A DNA stretch of 64,000 bases, taken from assembly GCA_010015805.1 (NCBI GenBank), contig ML978128.1:558001-622000 (forward strand). Reading direction: 5' to 3'. How positions within the stretch are numbered: position 1 is the first letter of the stretch; each line of letters begins with the position of its first letter. Positions 49,059 to 59,926 of this stretch are shown in pieces. Below the pieces are notes generated by a model. That model had not been told where the DNA came from, made no database searches, and worked only from the letters and a program-made list of their open reading frames with translations. The DNA is from Rhizodiscina lignyota. Taxonomy: Eukaryota. The translations under genes were made by a program, and so were the position numbers.

Positions 49059-51144
49059 ATGTCGGAGGAGCAACACCATGAACGGGCGGACGAGCATGCA
49101 AGCTCCACAGTCCAAGCTCCAGGGGACCGAAATAATGAGTTGAAGGCGCGAAAAGCTTGTAGTAGGGCTCTATCTCGCCGCCTCTCAGGTCATTAGCTGA
49201 CATAATCAAGTCAACTGTAGGAGACAGAAGGTTCGCCAGCCTGCCAGGCCACGTGTGGAAGCTGAAAGATCTGTATGTGCGATACTGACCGTCTCTCTTC
49301 ATCAGATGAAATGTAGGATCGATCATGGTGCATCTTGTCGACGGTGTTTGCGTGCTGGAGTACCATGTATCTTTGTACCTCGAGCAAATGCAAGTAGTGT
49401 CAAGCTCTTGAACGTCCTACTACTCGAGATGCTAACTTTCCTGACTAGGCTGCTTCTCACCACGAGCAGTATATCTTTCCCACGGAGCTTAATGCGGATG
49501 TACTACCTTCAGAACGCACCAATTCGATGCTTAACCGCCTTCAGAGGATCGAAGAGTATCTTGGGTTCGTGAATTCCGAAGGAGATGGCTCTCCAAGTAC
49601 GATGGAACCTACGAGAGGGGAAATCGATAGCCCAGGACAGGAGTCCCTCGGCACCTTATGGTCTGCAATCGCTGTTCTGAAGCGAACATGCGCCAACGAG
49701 GTTGACCCGAAGGCCTGGCAAAGGGATACGATAAAACAATTGTGGCTCACGTACAACCCCCCGTAAAACAAACCCGACGAGGCTGGAAATACTAACACAG
49801 TAACAGCTTCCATGACTCCATGCCTGGACTCCATTTCCTCACCAACAAGCAAACATTCTCATCCCCAAAGCCCCTCTTACTAGCGTCCATGCTCTACTGC
49901 TCAAGTCTACGAGGAGCTGCGGAAGTAGCTGTTCTCGAGCCGGAGTATTTCAAGGTGCTCTGCAACTCTATTTCGCGACTGTGCATCCCAGGCAGTGAGA
50001 TTGGCCAAATTCCAGAGGACCCTGCTCTGGCCGAAGAATGGGCTTTTCAGACGATACTGGGAATCATACTTGCAGGTCTGCTAAAAGAAGCCGCTGTCAA
50101 AGAGACGGGGATCTGGATTCCAATTGGTTATCGACTAATCCTCGAATATTCTCCACCGAATACGGATGAAAGATCTCGTGAATGGCAGCGGCTCTTTGCT
50201 GGGCTTCAGGTAGGTTGTGAAGCCTTTTCTACCTGACCACAATACTAACTAAACGTTCAGATTGTCGATTTGGAACATGCCTCGCTCCACTTATCTTGCC
50301 CCATCATCCCTGTCGAGGCACCACTACCCCGACTTCAACTTCCTATGCGAGGCCAGCTGTATAGGTTATCTCGTATGATGCATACCGGTCTCACCCATTT
50401 TACAGGCCGGGGACTACCGACGATTTGGTCTTGCTTTTCAGATGCACCCTTACGTATAGTTGAGTCTGCGACCACCTTCAGCGGAGTCGATGCGGCTGTG
50501 ATCCGAGACTGGGCTCGTCAACTTGACGAGTGGTTGGTAGAATTCAGCAGCCAGGTGTATGAATCCGAACACGAGAAGAAACTTGTCTTTCGACAGTACA
50601 TATTGCACAGACTTTTAGTCCTCTCCATATACCATCCTGCGCGAGGATGCAACCTCTTTTCAAACTCCGCATCTCCAAAAGAGCAATATGAGCTCCTGCT
50701 TTCTGCGCGGGCTGCTATCAAGCTACATCGAGATGACTTCTCGATTTGGTCGAATTGGGACCTTGTGATGATCACATGGGCTGCACTTATTGTACTTCAA
50801 GGCGTTCAAGGGGGCGTTGGCGATCCTGATGGTTAGTGAACATCACACTGGGCTGAGTTGCAGGCTTGCAGCCAATATAAATTTGCTAACGATATATCAC
50901 AGACTTGGAAAACGTCGATGTCCACCTGAAAATGCTAAGGCGCACAAACGAACCCAAACCGGGCCTCCGCGAGAAGCTGGCTTGGCGTCTGGAGCAGAGC
51001 CTCGAGGGCCTTCATTCGCCGCTCGCTGGAGAGGCCGCGCTTGCCGGACAAGATGTCATCGACAGCTCCTGGTATATCTTCGACGAAGGCAGCTTGCAAA
51101 ATGCTGGATATCAGCTATGGCCGTACGATAACCAGATACAGTGA
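49059..51144 (+). CDS. Zn(II)2Cys6 transcription factor (7 exons)
   Basis: Splicing 49059-49161 / 49211-49230 / 49306-49389 restores KACINCRRQKMKCRIDHGASCRRCLRAGVPC. Further exons 49449-49750, 49807-50209, 50261-50831 and 50903-51144 are all in frame. Confidence 0.9.
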
Positions 51145-51369
51145 CGCAGCAGCTGGTCGTGGAACGGCTGTCCACCATACCGCAATGCGAGAGACGGTTA
51201 GGTAGCAACATGATCGGGTTTCACTCAATATTTTGATTATGCTAATGTAAAGTAGAATGGTTCCATCGCGCCTTCATCTCGAATACCCATATCTTTTCCA
51301 TATTCTTTGCGGAATTCAGAACCCCGCAAAGATGTAGCAACAAATGAGAACTGTCAATGCTCTCCTTCG

Positions 51370-52606
51370 TTATTGTTCCGGCAATGCAAGACGAGAGGAC
51401 ATACTGTCAGGTGTAAGATCGGCGCAGCATTCTTCGTCTCTTGACACTCTTTTTGCTTTAGAGTCTGGTGTCTGGGGCGGAGTGGCGAGAGACCACGTTC
51501 GCAATCTCAAAGGAAGTTTCTGTTCAAAACCTCGTCCCATTGCGACCTCTTCGATGCTCTTAAAATACTTTGGTTGCATACAGTTAGTAAAATTCTAACG
51601 TCTAGCTTGATCTCTACCTGATCCGCATTTCCAAGAGACAACAGGAGAGAATGGCTTACCTTTACAGTTTTGACTTGCATTTCCAGTGTAGCATCCTCAT
51701 CTACCACGATCATCGAGTAGGAGTGAAGCTGAAGGCACGATAATGTACACATATGGCTGACGCCTCCTTCTACGGCTCGCTGTAGAGCGAGTGCCTTCGC
51801 CGTACCCGTGACGATGATGACCACTTCCTTTGCCTAGCCTTCCAATCAGCGGCATGATATACCTGCGCCTCCACGAACGATACTCACTTCCATGATCGTC
51901 TGTACCCCTACAGTTAATGCCATCTGTGGGACTTGGAGCATATCTCCATCGAAGAAGCGCGCATTAGCTCGGACGGTATCCATCGCCAGGGTCTTAACTC
52001 TTGTCCGCGACGCAAGGCTCGATCCAGGCTCATTGAATGCAATATGTCCGTCTGTACCTACGCCGCCTAGGAACAAGTCGATGCCCCCAACACTCTTGAT
52101 CTTCGCCTCATACATAGCGCATTCTTCCTCGAGGTCCAATGCGTTACCATTGAGGATATTGACATTATCGGGGTTGATATCCACCTGAGAAAAGAAGTTC
52201 CGGAACATAAAGCTATGGTACGACTCTGGATGCTCTTGAGGCAGACCGACATATTCATCCTTGAATTCAATCGTGTTACTCTTGTGCCGACTGGAGATGG
52301 AGATGGTTGCTAACCATGTTGAACGTTATGACATTTTTGAAAGATATCCTCCCCGCTTTGTGCTCCGCTACAAGAATTCTGTAAATTTCAAGCGGACTAC
52401 TTCCTGTTGGGAGTCCGAGGACGAATGGATTCTCAAGCGTCGGCTGGAAATTCCGAATGCGGTCTGTCGAGGGAGATTAAATCGCCTTATTAATACGAAC
52501 TTCTCTTCTCTTATTGAGATATAAAGGCAAAGTGTAATTTACCTATAATGTAGTGTGCAACATATGCCGAGGTGGAGTCAGGCTTTGCTCGTATGATGAG
52601 TCTCAT
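51370..52606 (-). CDS. NAG1: Glucosamine-6-phosphate deaminase (NagB/Nag1/Dam1 family)
   Basis: MRLIIR..|[86 protein letters not shown]. Four introns. Confidence 0.96.
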
Positions 52607-53291
52607 TCTGCAATGAATGCAAAACAATTGATATAGAACACCGCGGGCACGAATTGGACAAATTTTCGAACAGGTATAAACGAGTCTCCGGAGAATTTAC
52701 TGCTCACAAATATTCATGAATAAACTCTGCAATTATTCAACTATTCACATTCTAAAACAAACCCGGCAAACCGGCAATGTTCACCGGGGCTTCAAAAACC
52801 CACAAAAAAAGCATATTACTTCCAAAAAATCCCCCGATACCCAGCTTCACTTGCGCGGAGCGTTGACCATATTAAGACATTGCGGAGAGTTGTTGCGTGG
52901 ATATGATTGTCGCTGAATGCTGATGATTGGCAGCAGCTGCGGCGTGGTGATTTGTTGCGTATTGCGTGTCTCTCAAATTGAGACCAAAATGTTGCATTAG
53001 TCCAATGTCAGAGCTTGAGAAAACGAATTTCATCATTTGCAGATAGATTCTTTTGATTTCCTATAGTACAAGGAGAAGCGTTAACCTTATTTGGCCACGA
53101 CATATTGCGACCGCGGATGTGATCCCGAACTAGCCAGAGCATCCACGCGTAGCAGCCCTTCCAAGGGCTAGACTTCCACAGATCCAGGCTTATCCTTACA
53201 TCCACAAGCCTTGAGTTGGACCCGGTCCGAAGTGATCGGTGCTGTAGCGATAGTCCCATACACTCAGCCGCGCCAGCAGCTAGAGTGCTCA

Positions 53292-55642
53292 CTAAATCGG
53301 CAAACTCCATCCCATCGCAGCCCAGTTCAACTGATTCAAATCGAAGTCGAATGGAGCCTGTCCGGGTATGTGAGGATATACTCCCGGTGCTGTTCCTGCG
53401 TAGCCGCCTACGCCTCCCATGCCAAACAATAGGCTTTGATTGCCAAAGTCCGTAGGCATCGACATGGGAAAGTCGGCAGATCCCATGCCCATAACACTGT
53501 TTAATTGATCCGTGTCAGCAGTGTTTTGCGCTGCTTTCGTTACCTTTTCTCTGATGCGTGACACCATCTTTGGTGGGTTCAACGGCTCTCCTGATTGTGT
53601 GGACGCTGCCTCGTGAGCCTCCCAGGCTCGGAGGACAAGGCTGCTCATAATATTGTGGAAAGGGCCATCGCTTATGTCTAGGTCGAAGACGAATCGAGCC
53701 TCGTAGTTGTCGCTCATAAGTCGCCAACATTGCTCAGCTTGCTCACTGAGAGGTCGCCTTTTCAGGTCTTGAATGATGTGGATGTATGCAGGAAATGGGA
53801 AATAGAAGTGAGCCAGCCAAAGGTATCCTTTCGTGAGTGGTGAGGTCATGATCTTCGTATCGCACTCAAGCATGCTGAGCGCGTATGAAATGGCATCCTC
53901 AAGCTGTGCTTCAGTCTGATGCGCAGATGACTTTGAATATCTGGAATAGTGTTCCACGAGGCGGCATTTAGCAAGGTATCCCCTCGTCATCCAGATCGTC
54001 ATGAAGTGGAGGGGGCTATCTGGGTCACAGAACTGGAGATATTTGTCCTCGATCATCTTCTCCAGAGCGACCAGCTCACCGCCCTCTAGATCGTGAGCGT
54101 GCTGAACACCCTTGGCAAAAGCCTTCAAAGCGGGATTGGCAAAATCAAGATGGAACCGGGTATGGCGGACAAACTCCCCCAGTTCACTGCGCACCGCGAC
54201 GAAAAGTGCCTCAGTGGACCTCTCTTGGACCGCTGGTGGCTCTTTCATCTCTGGTCGAAGGTCCGAGTCATTCACGTTGAGAGGAATCTTGCAATCCCAG
54301 AGAGGAGCTAGCATTGCGGTTTTGCAGATGGCGAGCTCGCCGATGCGAGTGTCGAAGAGTGTGAGCGACCACCAAAGTCGTCGGCGCATTTCGGCTTCAA
54401 GAACGCTGCATTTGGCACAGGCCGACTCGCTGTGAATGCCCATGCGTTGCGCAATGCGAAGTGCGATGCCAAGCATGGAAGATAAGGCTCGAGGATCTGT
54501 GCCTGATCTGACCGAGACCTAATATAGTTGGCAAGTATGTAGATAACGACATGACGGACTTACCAAGTAAAGATATAATGCGGTCAAGCAATCGCGATCG
54601 CTAGACCGCAAAAATCCGCAGTTCAACAGAGCTTGCTGACAGCCGAATTGGTATCTCGGCAAAAGATCCCCACTCGACGAACCAAACATGGACTGGGAGT
54701 CCTGTGGGGTAAGACTTTGAAGTGACATGCAGTAGATGCTGAACATGAGCGCTTCCAGGTTGGGGCTGACTTTTGTTATGTCGCTGGCGGCTTCTATGAT
54801 GCGTCCTTGCAGGCTGGGAGTGTGCGTGACCTTGAGTAGTGGGTCGACATTGTCTAGGTACATCTGCCAAAGCCTGAAGATCTGGACAGGCTCCGGGTGT
54901 AGAGTAGAGAGGTCGACATTCGTCTTGCGTGACCCAAACAGGAGGTGGTCATTATCTTCAAATAATTGATCATACAATTTCCTCACCACAACTTCACGGA
55001 CATCATCTTCTGAAGATTCGCTGTCGTTATCGGCGCCTCGTGGCTTGTCAATTGTCAGTAGAGCTCAAATCACATATGTCTTAAATCATACCTTATGATT
55101 CATGGCGTGCCATAAGTTCCTGAGAACATTAGTCATCTTGCGACAGCTTCTTGGAGAGTGCATACTTGGATTTATGTGCTCTCCTAGGCTTAACGATTGT
55201 CGAGTGAGATGAGCTACCTGGCCCCTCTACTTCTTGTTGCTCATCATCGGAATCATTGCCGCTCTGCGCATTGGGAGACTCCTTCTCTCCAACTTGATCC
55301 TTGTGGAGCGGTTCAAATTTGATATTGTTCTGGCGGAGCAGCTCCTCGTACTTATGAAGACGTTCCAGCAGCTCTCGCTCAGGAAACCGACGTCTTCGCC
55401 GGCGCGGGTTCAACGTCGCAGGCACACATTGCGCCCCAGATTTGATGCAGTTTGCGCAAGGAAACTTGCGACTAAATTACGTGGAGCAAATTAGCGTAAC
55501 TGACTTAATGCTTGCACCACAGGATAACGTACTCACACCTCACCTTGCGCTGCTGACAAAGAACACATGCAAGGACCCGCTGCGGTTTCGAAAGTTTTGA
55601 GGACGAGTCTGGAGTAGGCGCTGGTGTGGGCACTGTCGACAT
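53292..55642 (-). CDS. Zn(II)2Cys6 transcription factor with a fungal-specific TF (middle homology) domain
   Basis: Spliced CVLCQQRKVRCDRKFPCANCIKSGAQC (intron 55532-55472), LHPEPVQIFRLWQMYLDNVDP, GIALRIAQRMGIH..EMRRRLWWSL and PLNVNDSDL. Confidence 0.92.
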
Positions 55643-55990
55643 GACTGCAGTACTCTCGGCGAGGCGCCGAAGCTACAGCGATACTCAAACAAGAGGCGAA
55701 CGTGTGCACAGTTTTGGAAATTCAAGAATGAGAAGACAGCTAGATAGAAACAGGTAGCCCCATTAGGCAACAGCCGCACCAGAAGTAGGATGATAGACGC
55801 GTCGTCGAGGAAGGGATCGCACAGTTTCGACTCAGGCGTATCGGAACGTCAGCGCGTCAGAAACGCAGCGGAAAGCCAATTGAAACTCTGCAAGGCTGAT
55901 ATGCGGCTCAAACCATCGCAGGGGTAGGTGTAGCCTAGGCCTTCATTGATCGCACGAGTTGTAACAGATGAGGTGACCGTACAGTACTAC

Positions 55991-56073
55991 TCGGGTATTT
56001 GAAGCGCCCGAAATTTGGATGGAGGCGAGCATCACGTGAGCGTCTTTTCTCCTCGGGGGTTTCTAAAGTCCGA
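55991..56073. promoter_or_regulatory. Two TCGG-N13-CCGA inverted repeats, candidate Zn2Cys6 binding sites
   Basis: TCGG-gtatttgaagcgc-CCGA (55991-56011) and TCGG-gggtttctaaagt-CCGA (56053-56073) in the divergent promoter of the TF and the MFS gene. Confidence 0.6.
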
Positions 56074-56247
56074 CAAGCACTGAAACTTCCTCGTCACTCG
56101 GCCTCCTGAGCGATACCATGGTCTAAATCTAGCGGTTGTTTAGCGGAATTGCTTCAAAAAGTGTCCGGAATGAAGAGGTATGTAAATCATAGCCTGTCCA
56201 ACATCTCCTGGCCGGAGAATTCTTAACTTGAAGTGCATTGAGTAACC

Positions 56248-58094
56248 ATGTCTACCACAGCTTCTGTACAATCCGCCAACAAGGCACCGGCAGCAGAGGC
56301 GTCTCAACAAGTCGACGAAGTCAACGAATATGAAGATGCCGAAAAGAATTTCCGGCCAAAGTCCCTGAAGTTTTGGACAATTCTCTGTGGCATGTACTTG
56401 TCGATTTTCCTTGTTGCATTGGTAAGTCCGCTGCACTTCGATCACCAACCAACGCCAGACCTAACAATTCAATAGGATCGGACGATCATCGCGACCGCCA
56501 TTCCAAGGATCACCGACGAATTCAATTCAATCGAGGATATCGGCTGGTATGGCAGTGCATACATGCTGACTGGCGCCTGCTTTAATCCGGTCTTCGGCCG
56601 CATCTACAAGCTCTACTCGACAAAATGGGCATTTCTTATTTCGATTGTCATCTTCGAGGCAGGTTCGGCTCTCTGTGGTGCCGCTCCAAACTCTACTTCC
56701 TTCATTGTTGGACGTGCCATCGCCGGGTTGGGATCTGCCGGCATCTTCTCAGGCGGATCAATGCTCATACTTCCACTCGTTCCTCTTCGCAAACGCCCCG
56801 TTTTCACCTCCATATTCGGTATGATTTTCGCTGTTTCCTCAGTTCTTGGACCTATAGTTGGCGGCACGTTTACTGACAAGGTGTAAGTCTCTGATTTACC
56901 TGGTAACCTTGTGTGCTGACTCTTTGCAGGACGTGGAGATGGTGTTTTTATATCAACTTGCCGATTGGTGGCTTTACGCTTCTTGCCATCTTTCTATTTG
57001 TTCACATCGAATCACCCGAGCGCGAGAAGCTCACGGTCTTCGGCCAGATCAAGCTTCTTGATCCCATCGGAATTCTGTGCTTCTTCCCATCCATGGTGTG
57101 CCTCATCCTCGCTCTTCAATGGGGAGGGACCATCTATCCCTGGTCGGCACCAAAGATCATCGGCCTTCTTGTCACCTTTGCCGTCCTATTCATCATTTTC
57201 ATCATCGTAGAAGTCTTAACACCAGAGACTGCCATGGCCCCAACTCGAGTTGTCCTAAACCGTTCCATTGCTGGTAGCATGGCTTTCATATTCCTGCTTA
57301 TCGGAGGCATGATGGGCGTGGTCTACTATTTGACGATCTGGTTTCAAGCGGCGAAAGGTGACTCAGCCATGCACTCTGGTATAAACTTGATACCCACCAT
57401 TCTGGCAATGGTCGTCACGAGCATCTTCGGCGCCATAGTCACACAGAAGATTGGATACTATGCCCCGGCTATGCTGCTTTGCCCAGTGGTGTGCTCAGTT
57501 GGCGGGGGTCTACTCTCGACACTCTCGGCGAGCTCAGGCCACAGCTATTGGATCGGCTACCAGGTTCTTTACGGCCTCGGCATTGGAATTGGCTTCCAGA
57601 ATGCCAACTTGGCCGCCCAGACCGTGTTACCGCGCACTGATGTCTCTCTCGGTCTGGCCCTGGTGATGTTTTCACAGCAGCTTGGCGGTTCCGTCTTCCT
57701 TTCTGTCGGTCAAAATATCTTCTCGAGCAAGCTTGTGGACAGCCTCACTGGGGTTGCGGGCCTCGATGCAGAAGGTCTTGTCAACACGGGTGCGACCGAT
57801 CTTCGTAGGATTGTGCCGCCAAGTGAGCTCAATACTGCTGTCAACGCGTACAGCTACGCGTTGACCAGAGTCTTCATTCTGACAGCAATCCTCAGCGCCT
57901 GCGCAGTTCCGGCCGCTTTGGCCGTTGAGTGGAAGAGCATCAAGAGCAAGAAAGGCGCTGGAGGTACCTCGAAGGCTGCCGAAGCCAAGGCAGAAGAAGG
58001 CGAGCGCAAGAGCCAGAGTGCCTCTGAGACTGGTACACATGGTGCCTCCACTGTAGAGATGCCGCCGAGCGAGGATAGGGAGAAGGAGCTGTGA
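56248..58094 (+). CDS. MFS drug:H+ antiporter, DHA2 (14-TM) family; toxin/metabolite efflux pump
   Basis: [60 protein letters not shown] and [13 protein letters not shown]. Introns 56422-56475 and ~56883-56929. Confidence 0.95.
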
Positions 58095-59228
58095 TGTTAG
58101 TAAGAATGATTGATGAAGGTGATTAAGGAAAGTTGAGGGCTGGGCCAAGCAACCAGCGAGATACATAGCCAAGAATTTGTGAAAAGCATTGTTTACATCA
58201 ATCGTCAGCCCGCTTGAAGAGAACATGGCCATCGTCTATTGAATTCTTGTCCCAATCCGACGATGAATGACTCGAGTAGTGTCGACAATTGGTACAGCCC
58301 AGCACTTTCTGGAGGCTATGGTGGCGCTCTGGAAGAGTCGTGACTCCGACTTTGAGAATTTCTCGTATCCAATGCCCGCAGGCTTTGGTATTGTGTCGAG
58401 TATTTGCCTGATAGTGGAGCTTCAGTAAATTTGGCAAGGCGCACAAGAGCAGAACTTGAAAGGTGATCGGAGGTGGGAGATTTGAGTTGATCGGAATCGT
58501 CAATCATGCTGCGGGACCGACCCTGGCCATAGTGATAGATGGGCAATAGCTCAGGCGGGCTGTAGATGTATCTTGCAAAGAGACTCGTGCTTTACCCGAA
58601 ACGGCAATCTTACCCTGGTCACATTTGAAAATACATTAGTCGCGTGGTGTAAGTGGAGGCGCTGTGGGTGAGATTTGTGGCTCGCCGCCTGAGGCTAAGC
58701 AGTTTGGCTGCTGACAAAGGGGCCAACACCAACATCTGCCCCCACGGGAAAGACTTGACTTGCGCATGATGATAGAGATCGCAAGAACGCCTCGCCAAGG
58801 CGAAGCGGAATCCTGCTTTCCTCTGCCGCAGAGCTCTTGCGATCTTCGACGACAGTTTGTCTGCTCGTCTCTCTCTCTTGTCAAGCGCCGTCGCTATCGG
58901 CAAGTCCACAAGGCTGAGTGACGGCAATGGGTACTGACTTCCTCACGGGGAGACATCGTCTCTATCTCGCCCCATGAGGATCTTTTTCCACTCCGCTTGC
59001 TAGTTGCGCATAGCTATCACCGTGATAAAGAGACTCTCCAATGGCTGTACAATGGCATCATATAAAGTGTGGCAGATCTTCCGCCTTTTTAGCAGCTGCA
59101 TCAAGCAGATACTAGTAAAAGCATCTTCATTCGTTTCTGCCATTCGTTACAGCAGGCCCAACTTCAAAATCTCATTTCAATTCGTTTCAAACCTTCGTTT
59201 TCGTCAAACTCCGCGAAGAAAAGGAACA

Positions 59229-59532
59229 ATGCGTATCCTCAACATCCCCCCATCGAAGCCAACACCAAAGCCACCTACGACAAGCTCAGGCTCTTAATAC
59301 AACTCATCTTCAAGTGCGGTCTCTCAACAGACAACAGTCATCCTCAGACTATCCCTCGCCATGGCTTCAGCTAGCAAACGTTCAGATTTCCCGCGTGGAG
59401 TCTGGCAATGAAAGCAGCCAGTATCGCAGCAACCAAATTCCAAAACCGCGAGCATCGATCTCAAAGGTTCGAAATCCGGCCGCGCAGAGCAGCTCCATTC
59501 AACTCTTCGATGGAAACCTCCAGCCGAACTAA
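59229..59532 (+). CDS. Possible small spliced ORF (about 73 aa, Ser/Gln-rich)
   Basis: TATAAA at 59061, ATG at 59229 and a putative intron 59233-59314 (GTATCC..CTTAAT..AAG) joining in frame to ORF 59314-59532. No homology recognised. Confidence 0.25.
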
Positions 59533-59926
59533 AAGAGCTTGGACATTATGGGGATTTGGTTTGTTGCATGGCACCATTTTCAACAAAAATTGTAGATCTA
59601 TTTTGGGTCCTCTTACCTATCACTCTCTTTATGTCTTCTACCATAGACTACATCTCTCCTGTATCACTAGACCGTACTAATAGTAATACGTAATCCTGAT
59701 AAACCGTGTTTGTAACAGAATGAGTCCTAGTCAGAGTGCATCTTCAATTCATCGTGTTCAACCTTCGCGAATGTTGGAGAACTTCTGGTGCAGAAATATC
59801 AAATCAGTTGATGAAGGTTGGGAATATTGCGAGTTTCTACGTAAAATAATACGCCAGCAGATTAACATGATGCTACATGTCACCGTCAGTCGCTGGAAAC
59901 GGTTGCAAAACACAGCGCTGACTAAC

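Noticed and set aside
46881..52606. Calling this the canonical GlcNAc (NAG) cluster with HXK1/hxk3 and RON1
   Set aside because: There is no deacetylase, GH3 or Ndt80 gene, the TF is Zn2Cys6, and the kinase motifs are glucokinase-like.
59460..59490. GGTTCGAAATCC resembling a tRNA T-loop
   Set aside because: No T-stem pairing, acceptor stem or cloverleaf.
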